Assembly (NCBI GenBank): GCA_963976765.1
Contig: CAXBME010000048.1
Location: 1-36,091 of the forward strand
Length of the DNA stretch: 36,091 nt
DNA from: an uncultured Planctomycetaceae bacterium
GTDB lineage: Bacteria; Planctomycetota; Planctomycetia; Planctomycetales; Planctomycetaceae
Direction of reading: 5' to 3'
In this document: positions 18,984-28,331 of the stretch, one piece after another
Layout of the letters: each line of letters starts with the position of its first letter
Numbering within the stretch: the first letter of the stretch is position 1
Made by a program: the position numbers and the translations under genes
Notes under the pieces: generated by a model
Told to the model about the DNA's origin: nothing
What the model saw: the letters and a program-made list of their open reading frames with translations, nothing else
Database searches by the model: none

Positions 18984-21413
18984 ATGTTTGTGATTTCCTC
19001 CACACATTCGCGGATCGCTGCGCTGGCTGTCGGTGCTTTCCTGATGACAGCGCTGGCGTGCCATGCAGACGACTCCGATCCTCCTGACTTCGCAACAAGC
19101 GGTGCTGGCTTTCTTCAGACTTACTGCAACGACTGTCACGGTTCAGACGAACCGGAAGCTGATCTGTCGCTGACAGCGTTTAAAAATTCAAAGTCGTTAA
19201 TCAGCCAGCGAAAGACCTGGGACTCTGTTCTGCGAGCACTATCGGGCGGAGTCATGCCACCTCCTGACGAGAAGCAACCAACACCAGACGAAGTGTCGGC
19301 GTTCCGGAATCTGGTCGAGGCTGTTTTCGATCATCACGACCGAACGGCTCCGCCCGATCCGGGGCGAGTCACTATGCGACGGCTCAACCGCAATGAGTAC
19401 AACAACACGATTCGTGATCTGGTGGGCGTCGACTTTGACCCGGCCGAAGATTTTCCCTCAGATGACATTGGTCACGGGTTCGACAATATCGGTGATGTGC
19501 TGACGCTCCCGCCAGTTCTGATGGAACGTTATCTGGCTGCCGCAGAAGGTATTGTTGAGCGGGCGATCATTCCCAATCCTCCTCCGCCGCCGCGTCGAGT
19601 CATCAGCGCTCGTTACTGCGAGCCCGCCGGCAAAGACGTCCCAACAACTCGGTACCGACCGATTTCAACGAAGGCAGACGGAAGCCCGATCGAAACCGGG
19701 CCGCTGTTTACTCGCTACAAAATTCCATCTGGCGAGTACATCTTTCGCACCAAAGTCTTCGCCGAAGCGGCTGACGGGCAGGTCGTCAAACTGGCGGTTC
19801 TGGCCTGCACCGCCGATGTCACTGACCAGTCTGTAAGCGACGAAATCGCCGCGACGATCAGCGGCAAAGCGGTTGACTCATGCCGACCGTTCGTTCTGAT
19901 CGATACGATCGAAGTGACCGCTCGCAACGAGAAGGAACCACAGTCGATCGAAGTTCAGATCCCCCGCATTGATGGATTCAACCGCGTCGCTGTCGGGATC
20001 GTTAGACCGTCGAACGAGGCGTCCGACAGCAGGCTTCACGTCGAATTCCTGGCACTCGAAGGTCCGAAAGACACTCGACCGGATTCACACCGCAACCTGC
20101 TGGCGTGTCGCTCGGACGCGGTGCCAGATGAAAAATCGCGAGAGGTTCTGACTCGCTTTGCAACGCGAGCTTATCGCCGCCCCGTGACAGAAGCTGAAGT
20201 AGAGCGACTGCTGGCGTTCGCCCGATCGGTCGAAGAAGACGGAGCAAACTGGGAAGAGGCAATGCAGTTTGCCATCCAGGCGGTCCTCGTTTCACCGAAG
20301 TTTCTGTTCCGCGTCGAGCAGGATCAGAACTCGACAGGTGATGCCGTCACGCCGCTGGACGATTTTCAACTGGCATCGAGGCTGTCGTATTTTCTCTGGA
20401 GTTCGATGCCAGACGAGCAACTGTTTGAACTCGCTCGTGAGAACAAGTTGCGGGCTGCCCTCGGTGAGCAGGTTCGACGGATGCTACAGGATCCTAAAGC
20501 CGACGCACTTGTCGAAAACTTTGCACTTCAGTGGTTGCAGGTGAAACGGCTGGAAACATTCGCTCCTGATCCTGAGAAGTTTTCGTATTTCAATTCCAGG
20601 CTCCAGCAAGCCATGCTTGAAGAAACGCGACTGTTCTTTGCGGCTGTCATGCGTAAAAACCGCAGCGTCATGGATTTGCTGGCGGGCGACTTCACGTTCC
20701 TGAATCAGGACTTGTCGCGTCACTACAACATTGGCGATACCAACGGAAATCCACTTTACGGAAAGCCGGCACGAGAAAAGGGCACCCCGATTCGTGACCG
20801 GGAATTTGTCCGAGTCAGCCTTCCTGCCGATTCGGTTCGCGGCGGACTGCTGACTCAGTCCAGCATTCTGGCCGTGACGTCAAACCCAACTCGAACATCA
20901 CCAGTAAAGCGAGGAAAGTGGGTGCTGGAGCAGTTGCTCGGAACTCCGCCTCCTCCGCCACCACCGAACGTTCCCGAGCTGGAAGATGCCGGAGCGGAAC
21001 TCAAAGGTTCGCTTCGAGAACGCATGGAACAGCACCGGGCGAATCCCGCTTGTGCCGCGTGTCATCGAAGCATGGACTCAATGGGGTTCGCGCTGGAAAA
21101 CTTCGATCCACTGGGACGGTGGCGGGACAAGGACGGCGAGCATTCCATTGACCCGTCGGGCAAGTTGCCGGGTGGCGAAATTTTTACCGGGCCGGTGGAG
21201 CTGAAAAGAATTCTGCTATCGAAGCGTAACCTGTTTGCTCAATGCCTCACGGAAAAGATGCTGACCTATGCTCTGGGGCGAGGACTGGAATATTACGACC
21301 GTCCGGCGGTCAATCGTATCGTGAAGTCCATTGAGAAGGACGAGTACCGATTCTCGGCACTGGTTGAAGGAATCATCACCAGCGAGCCCTTCGTGAATCG
21401 CCGAGGAAAGTAG
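18984..21413 (+). CDS. DUF1592-family protein (second copy)
   Basis: CNDCH and CAACH, RRLNRNEYNNTIRDL, FDNIGD, LASRLSYFLWSSMPD, TSPVKRGKWVL, GFALENFD. Start set at ATG 18984. Confidence 0.92.
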   Translation: MFVISSTHSRIAALAVGAFLMTALACHADDSDPPDFATSGAGFLQTYCNDCHGSDEPEADLSLTAFKNSKSLISQRKTWDSVLRALSGGVMPPPDEKQPTPDEVSAFRNLVEAVFDHHDRTAPPDPGRVTMRRLNRNEYNNTIRDLVGVDFDPAEDFPSDDIGHGFDNIGDVLTLPPVLMERYLAAAEGIVERAIIPNPPPPPRRVISARYCEPAGKDVPTTRYRPISTKADGSPIETGPLFTRYKIPSGEYIFRTKVFAEAADGQVVKLAVLACTADVTDQSVSDEIAATISGKAVDSCRPFVLIDTIEVTARNEKEPQSIEVQIPRIDGFNRVAVGIVRPSNEASDSRLHVEFLALEGPKDTRPDSHRNLLACRSDAVPDEKSREVLTRFATRAYRRPVTEAEVERLLAFARSVEEDGANWEEAMQFAIQAVLVSPKFLFRVEQDQNSTGDAVTPLDDFQLASRLSYFLWSSMPDEQLFELARENKLRAALGEQVRRMLQDPKADALVENFALQWLQVKRLETFAPDPEKFSYFNSRLQQAMLEETRLFFAAVMRKNRSVMDLLAGDFTFLNQDLSRHYNIGDTNGNPLYGKPAREKGTPIRDREFVRVSLPADSVRGGLLTQSSILAVTSNPTRTSPVKRGKWVLEQLLGTPPPPPPPNVPELEDAGAELKGSLRERMEQHRANPACAACHRSMDSMGFALENFDPLGRWRDKDGEHSIDPSGKLPGGEIFTGPVELKRILLSKRNLFAQCLTEKMLTYALGRGLEYYDRPAVNRIVKSIEKDEYRFSALVEGIITSEPFVNRRGK

Positions 21414-21438
21414 CTGGTGGTTAAAAGGTTGGTTTGAA

Positions 21439-21514
21439 GTGTGCTACTGGTTTTGCCAGTGTGGATCAGAACGAAGGCCCGATTCGGGAAACTCTGGCAA
21501 AGCCAGTGACATAC
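21439..21514. repeat. Intergenic REP-like inverted repeat
   Basis: GTGTGCTACTGGTTTTGCCAG (21439-21459) pairs imperfectly with CTGGCAAAGCCAGTGACATAC (21494-21514), with an inner CCCGATTCGGG hairpin. It resembles the CACTGGC..GCCAGTG palindromes I recall from planctomycetes. Confidence 0.7.
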
Positions 21515-21548
21515 CTTGCAATGCGATGTTCAAAGCGGGAGCGAAACT

Positions 21549-22892
21549 ATGTTTGGTCGAGAACTCTCACGGCGGCAGACACTTCGTGGACTTGGCGTAG
21601 CGATCGGGCTGCCCTGGCTGGAGGCAATGGGGCCAGTCAGCAGCTGGGCGAAAGATACAAAGCCTGGCCAGGAGGCTCCAAACCGGATGGCTCTGCTGTA
21701 CGTGCCCAACGGCAAGAACATGGTCGACTGGACGCCGGATACGGAAGGCCGCGACTACGAGTTGAAATCGATCATGCAGCCACTGGCAGCGCACAAGGAC
21801 AAGATGCTTGTGTTGACCGGGCTGGCCGCCGACGGAGCGAATTCACACGGCGATGGAGGCGGTGATCACGCTCGTGCCCTGGCGGCATTCCTGACCGGAG
21901 CCCACCCTCGAAAGACGGACGGAACCGATATCCGCAATGGAATTTCCGTCGACCAGATCGCCGCGTCGGTGGCAGGTAGTCAGACTCGACTGGCGTCGCT
22001 GGAAATTGGCTGCGAGGGCGGGGCGATGTCTGGCAATTGTGACTCGGGATACTCCTGCGTCTATTCGTCAACCATGTCCTGGAAGTCGGCAACTCAGCCG
22101 CTGCCCAAGGAAGTCAATCCGAAAGTCGTCTTCGAGCGAATGTTCTCGACGCTTCCGAATTCGAAGCGGGAGAAACGCGACGCAAAGCGGAAAAGCATCC
22201 TGGATTTCGTTCGCGAAGATTCGAAAGATCTGACCGGAAAGCTGGGCGTCAACGACGTGCGAAAGCTGGATGAATACTTCACCGCTTTGCGCGATATCGA
22301 ATTAAGGATTGACCGGGCTGCAAAGTTGTCCCCAGTTGAAACGCCGGACTATCCAGTGCCTGCAGGAATTCCGCCAACCTATGAAGAGCACATTCGTCTT
22401 TTGTGTGACCTGATGGTGCTGGCATTTCAGACGGACTCAACTCGAGTTTGTTCGTTCGTCCTGGCGAACGAAGGGTCAAACAAGTCGTACTCGTTCATCG
22501 ACGTGAAGGAAGGACACCACGAACTGTCGCACCACGGCAACAATGAGGACAAGAAGGCAAAGATTGCAAAGATCAATACGTTCCACACCACGCAACTCGC
22601 CTACCTGCTCGAAAGACTGAGCTCCGTGCAGGAGGGCGATGGGACGCTGCTGGATCATTGCATGCTGGCTTACGGCAGCGGTAACTCCGACGGCAACCGC
22701 CATAACCACGACGATCTGCCGATTATCCTGGCTGGCGGAGGCTGCGGGACCATTTCAACAGGGCGACACATCAAGTATCGAAACGGGACGCCGCTCAGCA
22801 ATCTCTGGGTGTCGATGCTCAACCGAATGGAAGTCGACATGGACCGGGTCGGCGACAGCAACGGAGCCTTGCCGGGACTTATGGACGGTTAA
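21549..22892 (+). CDS. DUF1552-family protein
   Basis: LSRRQTLRGLG..LPWLEAM, YVPNG, GDHAR, ISVDQ, LASLEIG, CDSGYSC.YS, AFQTDSTRV, HHELSHH, DGNRHNHDDLP. Confidence 0.93.
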   Translation: MFGRELSRRQTLRGLGVAIGLPWLEAMGPVSSWAKDTKPGQEAPNRMALLYVPNGKNMVDWTPDTEGRDYELKSIMQPLAAHKDKMLVLTGLAADGANSHGDGGGDHARALAAFLTGAHPRKTDGTDIRNGISVDQIAASVAGSQTRLASLEIGCEGGAMSGNCDSGYSCVYSSTMSWKSATQPLPKEVNPKVVFERMFSTLPNSKREKRDAKRKSILDFVREDSKDLTGKLGVNDVRKLDEYFTALRDIELRIDRAAKLSPVETPDYPVPAGIPPTYEEHIRLLCDLMVLAFQTDSTRVCSFVLANEGSNKSYSFIDVKEGHHELSHHGNNEDKKAKIAKINTFHTTQLAYLLERLSSVQEGDGTLLDHCMLAYGSGNSDGNRHNHDDLPIILAGGGCGTISTGRHIKYRNGTPLSNLWVSMLNRMEVDMDRVGDSNGALPGLMDG

Positions 22893-23006
22893 CGCCCCAT
22901 CCGGCAATGCACATTCTCGCAGGGTGTGCCCAGCGAGCCGATACTTCAGATTGACGTTGCGTCCCGACGAACTCATCAAGCAAGCAGCCGGCGGAACCTC
23001 GATTCG

Positions 23007-24110
23007 TCAGAGCTCGATGACTGCGCCGTTGTCTCGCGACGAAGTGACCAGAGCGTCAAGAACCTGCTGTGTCTGCAACGCGATGTTGCCCCAGTGCGGA
23101 TCGGTCGTACCACTGAGCACCTGGGCTGAGAAGTTTCGGAACAGGTTTGTTTCCTGCGCGGTCGGATGATTGTTGGCGTACTCACTGACGGCCACACGAC
23201 TGGTGTGTCGCTCCATGTTGAAGTGGCAGTCAGAAATACTGAAGTGGTGATTCGAAACATCAAAGGCAAGTTCCGGCCCCATAAACGGGAGCACAAAGTC
23301 GCTGACCTGAAAATGCCCTTTCGAGCCGCTGACATGAGCCCACTGTTGATGTTCAGTCAAAAACGAGCAGTAAAAACTGGCGGAAACGCCGCCATCAAAG
23401 AATAGCTCGCCGGAAAATTCTGTGGGAGTTGGCGCGGCACTGCCGGAACTTCTGATGCTTGAAAGAAGTCGACCACTGACGGCTTTCGGCATCGCATAAT
23501 TCATCACCCAGAGCGTGAACCTGACGTTGTACCAGCCGAGGTCTCCCAGGCAGCCCATGGGCTCGAGTTGGCTGCTGACTCGAATGTTGCCTTCCAGAAA
23601 CTCATCCGGTGCACAGAAGCTGAATCCGGTAGCGATGCGGCGGAGATCACCAACGCTGGTACCGTCGTCCAGAACTTCGCGCATCGCGAGCAGCCGATGG
23701 CTATGCATGAACATGACGCCGTCCATGAACTGGACATTGTTCCGGCGGCACGCGTCGAGAATCTTCTGGACTTCGGCGGCGTCCAGACCACAGGGTTTTT
23801 CGCAGACGACATGCTTGCCAGCTTCCGCGGCTCTGATCACCCACTCGGCTCGCATGCCTGTCGGCAGCGGAATATAAACGGCGTCGATGTCGTCTGCCGT
23901 GAGCATCTCTTCGTACGAACCGATCGCTCGCGGAACTGGCGAATACGAAACGTCGCTCTGACATTCATCAATGTACTGCCGGGCTCGCTCAGCGGTTCTG
24001 CTGGCGACGGCGACCAGAGTGGCGTTTTCGCAGTTACGAATCGAGTGCCAGTTCTTGCGGGCAATTCCGGCGGTTCCAAGGATGCCCCAGCGGCAGATCG
24101 GGTCGCTCAT
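23007..24110 (-). CDS. Gfo/Idh/MocA-family oxidoreductase
   Basis: WGILGTAGIA, AVASR, DAVYIPLP, GKHVVCEKP, GCLGDLGWY. Start set at ATG 24110. Confidence 0.93.
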   Translation of the reverse strand: MSDPICRWGILGTAGIARKNWHSIRNCENATLVAVASRTAERARQYIDECQSDVSYSPVPRAIGSYEEMLTADDIDAVYIPLPTGMRAEWVIRAAEAGKHVVCEKPCGLDAAEVQKILDACRRNNVQFMDGVMFMHSHRLLAMREVLDDGTSVGDLRRIATGFSFCAPDEFLEGNIRVSSQLEPMGCLGDLGWYNVRFTLWVMNYAMPKAVSGRLLSSIRSSGSAAPTPTEFSGELFFDGGVSASFYCSFLTEHQQWAHVSGSKGHFQVSDFVLPFMGPELAFDVSNHHFSISDCHFNMERHTSRVAVSEYANNHPTAQETNLFRNFSAQVLSGTTDPHWGNIALQTQQVLDALVTSSRDNGAVIEL

Positions 24111-24202
24111 CAAAGTTGGTCCTGTGCGAAGAATGAGTTGCCTGGCGTTCAAAACGTCTCATTAACGCGTCGACCGGTCATGTTTCAAGCGATCTGCTGC
24201 CG

Positions 24203-25786
24203 TTACTGCTGCGCTGCTTGTTTCTGAGCTGCCTTCTGCTTAGCTGCCTGAATCGCTGCGGCCAGGCGATTGGGGTTGCTGTCCAGGCTGGAGATGTAGT
24301 CTCGATACTGCTGGCTGAGCGTGGCGTAAGAAACTCCGGTGAAGTGATCCATACCTCCGACTCGAAAGCCGGGGTCGATCGGTCGATACAACGCCGCAAA
24401 GTGGTCAATCATCGCGTCGCGGTAGCGACCATTGTCATAGTGCATGTAAAAGTGGACGAGTCCCGATGCCTGACTGTATCGCTGGCTGATCTGCGCAGGA
24501 TCCTGATAGGCATTTTTGCCCAGACTGGCGAACCGATCGAGCGGAACAAAGAAATCATCCTTCGTGAGAACTTCTTTCGCAAAGTAGAAGCGAACATAGT
24601 CAGGATTGCCGATCGAAACGCCGTTGCTCAACGGGCGGAACGATTCGGTGTAACAGGCAAAACCTTCCACAATCCAGAAATGCTCGTTATCCGCGATCCG
24701 CCGCGGCCTCGGATCCAGTTCGTACAGAATCTGGTGAGTCGCCTCGTGGTAAATGGTTGATTCGATGTCACTGTTCGGATCGACGAAAAAGTGAGCAATC
24801 CGTTCGTCCGGTGTGTAGATGCCGTTCGAGATGGCGATCTGCGGATTCTTCGCAATCAACCGTCGAACGTATTCGTCTTTGTTGTGGTAGTAGTGGACGG
24901 TAAAGGGCGTACGCAGAGCACGACGTCGACGGGTGGTGGATCCGAACAACACTTTGAGCTGCTCGGGCGTGTTGAAGAATGCGGGATACGCTCGCTGAAA
25001 CCACTCGTGGAAAACCTCGAGCTTCTTTGCCAGAGCGACTCCCTGCTCAAGGCCGACATTCGTTTTCAGCAGATAGTTGTCGGTGTCGATTTCCCAGGCA
25101 TGAACCCACTCGCGACGAAGTTGCGATTCTTTCTGGGCGGTGTACCAGCGATTCCGAAAAAAACGCTCGCCGTTTTCGTAGCGTTCGACATGGGCCGCCG
25201 GCAGCCAGCCGAAACGATCATGCCAGACGAACCGGTCTCGCATCTTCTTAGCAGCAAACGGCGTCACCCATTGATCACCGTATTGCTCGTAACCGAGTAA
25301 GGTGCGTGCGCGCTCATAGTCAGAGTCGTACCACAGCACTTCGTGAATCAGTCGCCATGCGGCATGCGGGTTTCCGGCATTGAGGACGCGTCTCGACAAC
25401 AGGTAAAGATTCTTTGCCATGTCCTGTCGGATCGCCCGGAATTCTGTTCGCCAGAGACGTTCGTCCTGGGGCAACGAGAGCTGTATTTCCGGCTGAACGA
25501 ATGGCGGCAGCTTTCGGTCGCTCAGAGCTGCCACATCGACTGGAGTCTGCCAGGGAAGCAACTCGTCGACTGCGTTCCGCAGGTTTCTGGCCTGACAGTC
25601 GGCAATCAATCTTGCCAGTGATTCCTGAAAAGCAGCCACGTATCCATCGTGCTGAGACTGGTACCGCTCGGCGCTAAGGCTTGCGGGCTGAGCGAAAACT
25701 CTGCTGCTGTCGCTCAACCTGGCGGCAACCGTCAGACAGGCGAAAACGAGAAACGCTTGCTTTGAAATCGTGGAATTTGCGATCAA
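24203..25786 (-). CDS. DUF1570-like secreted protein, putative gluzincin metallopeptidase
   Basis: Signal-like N-terminus, ARTLLGY...WVT motif, HEATHQ followed by WIVEGFACY (HExxH + E), YSQASGLVHF. Confidence 0.75.
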   Translation of the reverse strand: MIANSTISKQAFLVFACLTVAARLSDSSRVFAQPASLSAERYQSQHDGYVAAFQESLARLIADCQARNLRNAVDELLPWQTPVDVAALSDRKLPPFVQPEIQLSLPQDERLWRTEFRAIRQDMAKNLYLLSRRVLNAGNPHAAWRLIHEVLWYDSDYERARTLLGYEQYGDQWVTPFAAKKMRDRFVWHDRFGWLPAAHVERYENGERFFRNRWYTAQKESQLRREWVHAWEIDTDNYLLKTNVGLEQGVALAKKLEVFHEWFQRAYPAFFNTPEQLKVLFGSTTRRRRALRTPFTVHYYHNKDEYVRRLIAKNPQIAISNGIYTPDERIAHFFVDPNSDIESTIYHEATHQILYELDPRPRRIADNEHFWIVEGFACYTESFRPLSNGVSIGNPDYVRFYFAKEVLTKDDFFVPLDRFASLGKNAYQDPAQISQRYSQASGLVHFYMHYDNGRYRDAMIDHFAALYRPIDPGFRVGGMDHFTGVSYATLSQQYRDYISSLDSNPNRLAAAIQAAKQKAAQKQAAQQ

Positions 25787-26051
25787 GTCTGCGTTCCCAA
25801 TGAGGCTGCCAGTTTCAAGTAGCCGCCGTGGAAAATCGAAACGGACGAGAATTCACCGATTTGATATTCAAACAGGCATCTCATGATTCTACGCCGGACA
25901 CCGCCTCGTCGGAAGACGATGTCCTTGTCGAAGGATTTGAGGTTGTCTAAACATGCTCTGAGGTTCTTATTAGACTCAGACCGGTCAATAATCCGAATCA
26001 TCGGGTGTCTCTGACATCTGGCCACTTTAGAGCGAATCGAGCAGGTACAAC

Positions 26052-28085
26052 GTGGAACTTATCAAGCAAACGTTCTCTCACGACAGCACTTGTATCCTCG
26101 ACGTTGCCGCAAACGGGGTTGACGATCTGATTCCGAAGATTGTTGACCGCCTGGTCGCTGGTGGGCAGATCGAGCAGCAGCACGGTAACGCGGTCGCTTC
26201 GGCGTTCCTCGAACGGGAACGGATCGTTTCCACGGCAATCGGAAACGCAGTGGCAGTCCCGCACTGTTACCTTGATGTGCTTACTGAGCCACAGATAATT
26301 TTCGTCCGACTGAAACATGCCATCAATCTGCGAGCCCCGGATGGGATTCCAACGCGGTTTTTCTTTTTTCTGCTGGGACCGACAGGGCGAGCAGCGGAGC
26401 ATCTCGACACACTGGCGATGATCGCTCGGCTGATGTCGGACAACGAGTTTCGGTTTGAACTCGGCTGGGCGAAGGAACGCGACGATCTCGCACAGGCACT
26501 CGATCGAGCGACCGTCAGATCATCACATCCAGCCGAGACGGCAGTCGCAGAATCGGATGGTTTGGCCTGGAGTGGCCGATTCTGCGGCGGCGTGATCAAC
26601 GATATTAAACGGCGCATGCCGCATTACGCGGCTGATATCAAGGACGGGCTGCATCCAAAAACAATTGCTTCAGTGATGTTTCTGTTCTTCGCGTGTCTGG
26701 CTCCGGCGGTCACCTTCGGTGGTGTGATGTCGATTCAGACCGGCGGGGCAATCGGAGCCGTCGAGATGATTGCCGCGTCGGCGATTTGCGGCATCGTCTA
26801 CGCGATGGTGTCTGGACAGCCGCTGATTATCCTCGGCGGCACTGGCCCCGTGCTGATCTTTACTGCGCTGCTGTATCAGAACTGCGTCGATCTGCAGCTA
26901 CCGTTTCTACCGACTTACGCATGGGTCGGTTTCTGGACATCGCTACTGGTCGTGATCATGTCAGTGACCGATTCCAGCTGCCTGATGCGATACTTCACTC
27001 GCTTCACTGATGAAATTTTCGCGGCACTGATTTCGCTGCTTTTTATTTACGAAGCCGTGCGGGCGCTCGCACTGATCTTCAAAGACGAAACCAACGATCA
27101 CGACACCGCGCTGCTTTCGATCCTGCTCGCCCTGGGAACGTTTTACGTCGCCAACCAGTTACAGCGAATCCGCAAGAGTCGTTACCTGCTTCCGTGGATG
27201 CGTGAATTCATTTCTGACTTTGGGCCAACGATCGCGCTGGCCACAATGACAATCGTCGCATTTCAGTTTCCGGACGTGATACTCGATGTGCTGCCGGCTC
27301 CGGATACCTTCGGGACGACGACCGGCCGTTCGTGGTTCGTCGATCCGTTCGAGGCTCCCATGTGGGTACGCTTTGCAGCGATCGGCCCCGCGATCTTTTC
27401 AGCGTTGCTGGTATTTCTTGAGCAGAACATCACGGCCCGCATCGTCAACAGTCCGGACCACAAGATGCAGCGTGGCGAGACGTACCATCTCGATCTGGGT
27501 ATTGTCGGAATCCTGATTGGAGCCTGTTCGCTGTTTGGCTTACCCTGGTTGAGAGCGGCGACTGTTCGATCTCTGAATCATGTGCGAAGTCTGGCAACTT
27601 CTGAGGAAGCTGTCAGCGGGGACGGCGAGCGACACGACCGGATCATCCATATCCGCGAAAATCGAATCAGCGCGTTGGCAATCCACGTCATGCTGGGCCT
27701 GTCGCTGCTTCTGCTTGGCGTGTTGAAAATGGTGCCGATGGCTGTGCTGTACGGGCTGTTCCTCTTCATGGGCGTTGTTTCAATGAAGGGAAATCAACTG
27801 TTCGAACGGCTCAGTCTGTGGGCCATGGACTCTGATCTTTACCCGCCAACTCACTACATTCGCCGAGTCCCGAATCGAAAGATTCACATTTTCACGGCAA
27901 TTCAGTTGCTCTGCCTGGTCATCCTGTGGGTAACCAAAGCCAGCGCGATTGGCATTCTGTTTCCGCTGTTCATCGCGCTGCTTGTCCCCGTTCGATTTCT
28001 TCTGAACCGTTTCTTTGAACAAAGACACCTGCTTGCACTGGACGCCGACGAGATTCCTGAAGACGAAGCAACTCATTGGACATAA
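26052..28085 (+). CDS. PTS EIIA-domain / SLC4-like (HCO3- transporter family) fusion anion transporter
   Basis: N-terminal ERE..STAIGNAVAVPH and APDGIPTRFFFFLLGP (EIIA). Membrane domain FACLAPAVTFGG, GQPLIILGGTGP, FTRFTDEIFA.LIS, FLEQNIT, GLPW..AATVRS..H, PMAVLYGLFLFMG, FTAIQ. Confidence 0.9.
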   Translation: MELIKQTFSHDSTCILDVAANGVDDLIPKIVDRLVAGGQIEQQHGNAVASAFLERERIVSTAIGNAVAVPHCYLDVLTEPQIIFVRLKHAINLRAPDGIPTRFFFFLLGPTGRAAEHLDTLAMIARLMSDNEFRFELGWAKERDDLAQALDRATVRSSHPAETAVAESDGLAWSGRFCGGVINDIKRRMPHYAADIKDGLHPKTIASVMFLFFACLAPAVTFGGVMSIQTGGAIGAVEMIAASAICGIVYAMVSGQPLIILGGTGPVLIFTALLYQNCVDLQLPFLPTYAWVGFWTSLLVVIMSVTDSSCLMRYFTRFTDEIFAALISLLFIYEAVRALALIFKDETNDHDTALLSILLALGTFYVANQLQRIRKSRYLLPWMREFISDFGPTIALATMTIVAFQFPDVILDVLPAPDTFGTTTGRSWFVDPFEAPMWVRFAAIGPAIFSALLVFLEQNITARIVNSPDHKMQRGETYHLDLGIVGILIGACSLFGLPWLRAATVRSLNHVRSLATSEEAVSGDGERHDRIIHIRENRISALAIHVMLGLSLLLLGVLKMVPMAVLYGLFLFMGVVSMKGNQLFERLSLWAMDSDLYPPTHYIRRVPNRKIHIFTAIQLLCLVILWVTKASAIGILFPLFIALLVPVRFLLNRFFEQRHLLALDADEIPEDEATHWT

Positions 28086-28331
28086 GTTTGTTCCCCGTGG
28101 CAAATACTCGGAATTGATTCGCGAATGCTGGCGCGGCTTTTCGTTAAGCTGGTTAAACGGTCGCAGTTTCACTGCGACCTGTTGAAAAATGTCGGACTCA
28201 ACAATTCAAAGTGTGCCTCGGAATCTGCCCGCACGGAAGTTCGCACCAGTGTCGATTACAGAACGCACTGACAGAACTGATGGGCACACTTTTTCAACGG
28301 ACAGACAGTTGCCGATTCCCAGCCTCGCCAC

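Noticed and set aside
25783..26025. 80-aa minus-strand ORF
   Set aside because: It occupies the divergent promoter gap between the DUF1570-like and SLC4 genes, with no supporting motif or SD.
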